52,689 bases of DNA from Acidobacteriota bacterium (GTDB taxonomy: Bacteria; Acidobacteriota; UBA6911; JACQSX01), in assembly GCA_036507075.1 (NCBI GenBank), contig DASXQR010000160.1, positions 1 through 52,689 on the forward strand, in the 5' to 3' direction. A program made the position numbers and the translations under genes. The notes under the pieces were generated by a model. It saw only the letters and a list, made by a program, of their open reading frames with translations, was not told the DNA's origin and searched no databases. Shown here piece by piece: positions 52,689 through 52,689 of this stretch. The stretch's first letter is position 1. Every line of letters begins with the position of its first letter.

Positions 52689-52689
52689 G

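Overview
About 33 protein-coding genes from a moderately GC-rich bacterium, most likely Acidobacteriota (inference from two 'carboxypeptidase-regulatory-domain' TonB-dependent receptors, a wHTH-TM-TPR regulator, many Tat-exported sugar enzymes and a cytochrome-fused PQQ-type dehydrogenase). I found no rRNA, tRNA, CRISPR array, transposase or integrase. Main blocks: (i) HD-GYP regulator, saccharopine-dehydrogenase-family enzyme, ArsC-like protein and c-type cytochromes; (ii) a TBDR/TPR/esterase locus next to a Tat-exported Gfo/Idh/MocA + DUF1080 + TIM-barrel trio; (iii) an uncharacterised divergent cluster of radical SAM-SPASM + methyltransferase // DoxX + GT2 + DUF2064(TIGR04282-like) + GT-C, the best candidate for a new pathway; (iv) a ROK-regulated TBDR with a clear operator/promoter, followed by catabolic enzymes including DUF1537 kinase-PdxA; (v) a CHRD/RTX surface protein coupled to a GH127-like enzyme and a heme-PQQ dehydrogenase cut by the window end. 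Most intergenic spaces hold short palindromic elements of several families, notably about 19 copies or arms of an 8-9-bp-period inverted repeat whose sequence differs between copies but co-varies between the two arms. These elements are often nested in each other and several supply gene 3' ends. Family calls come from motif recognition only; no searches were run.
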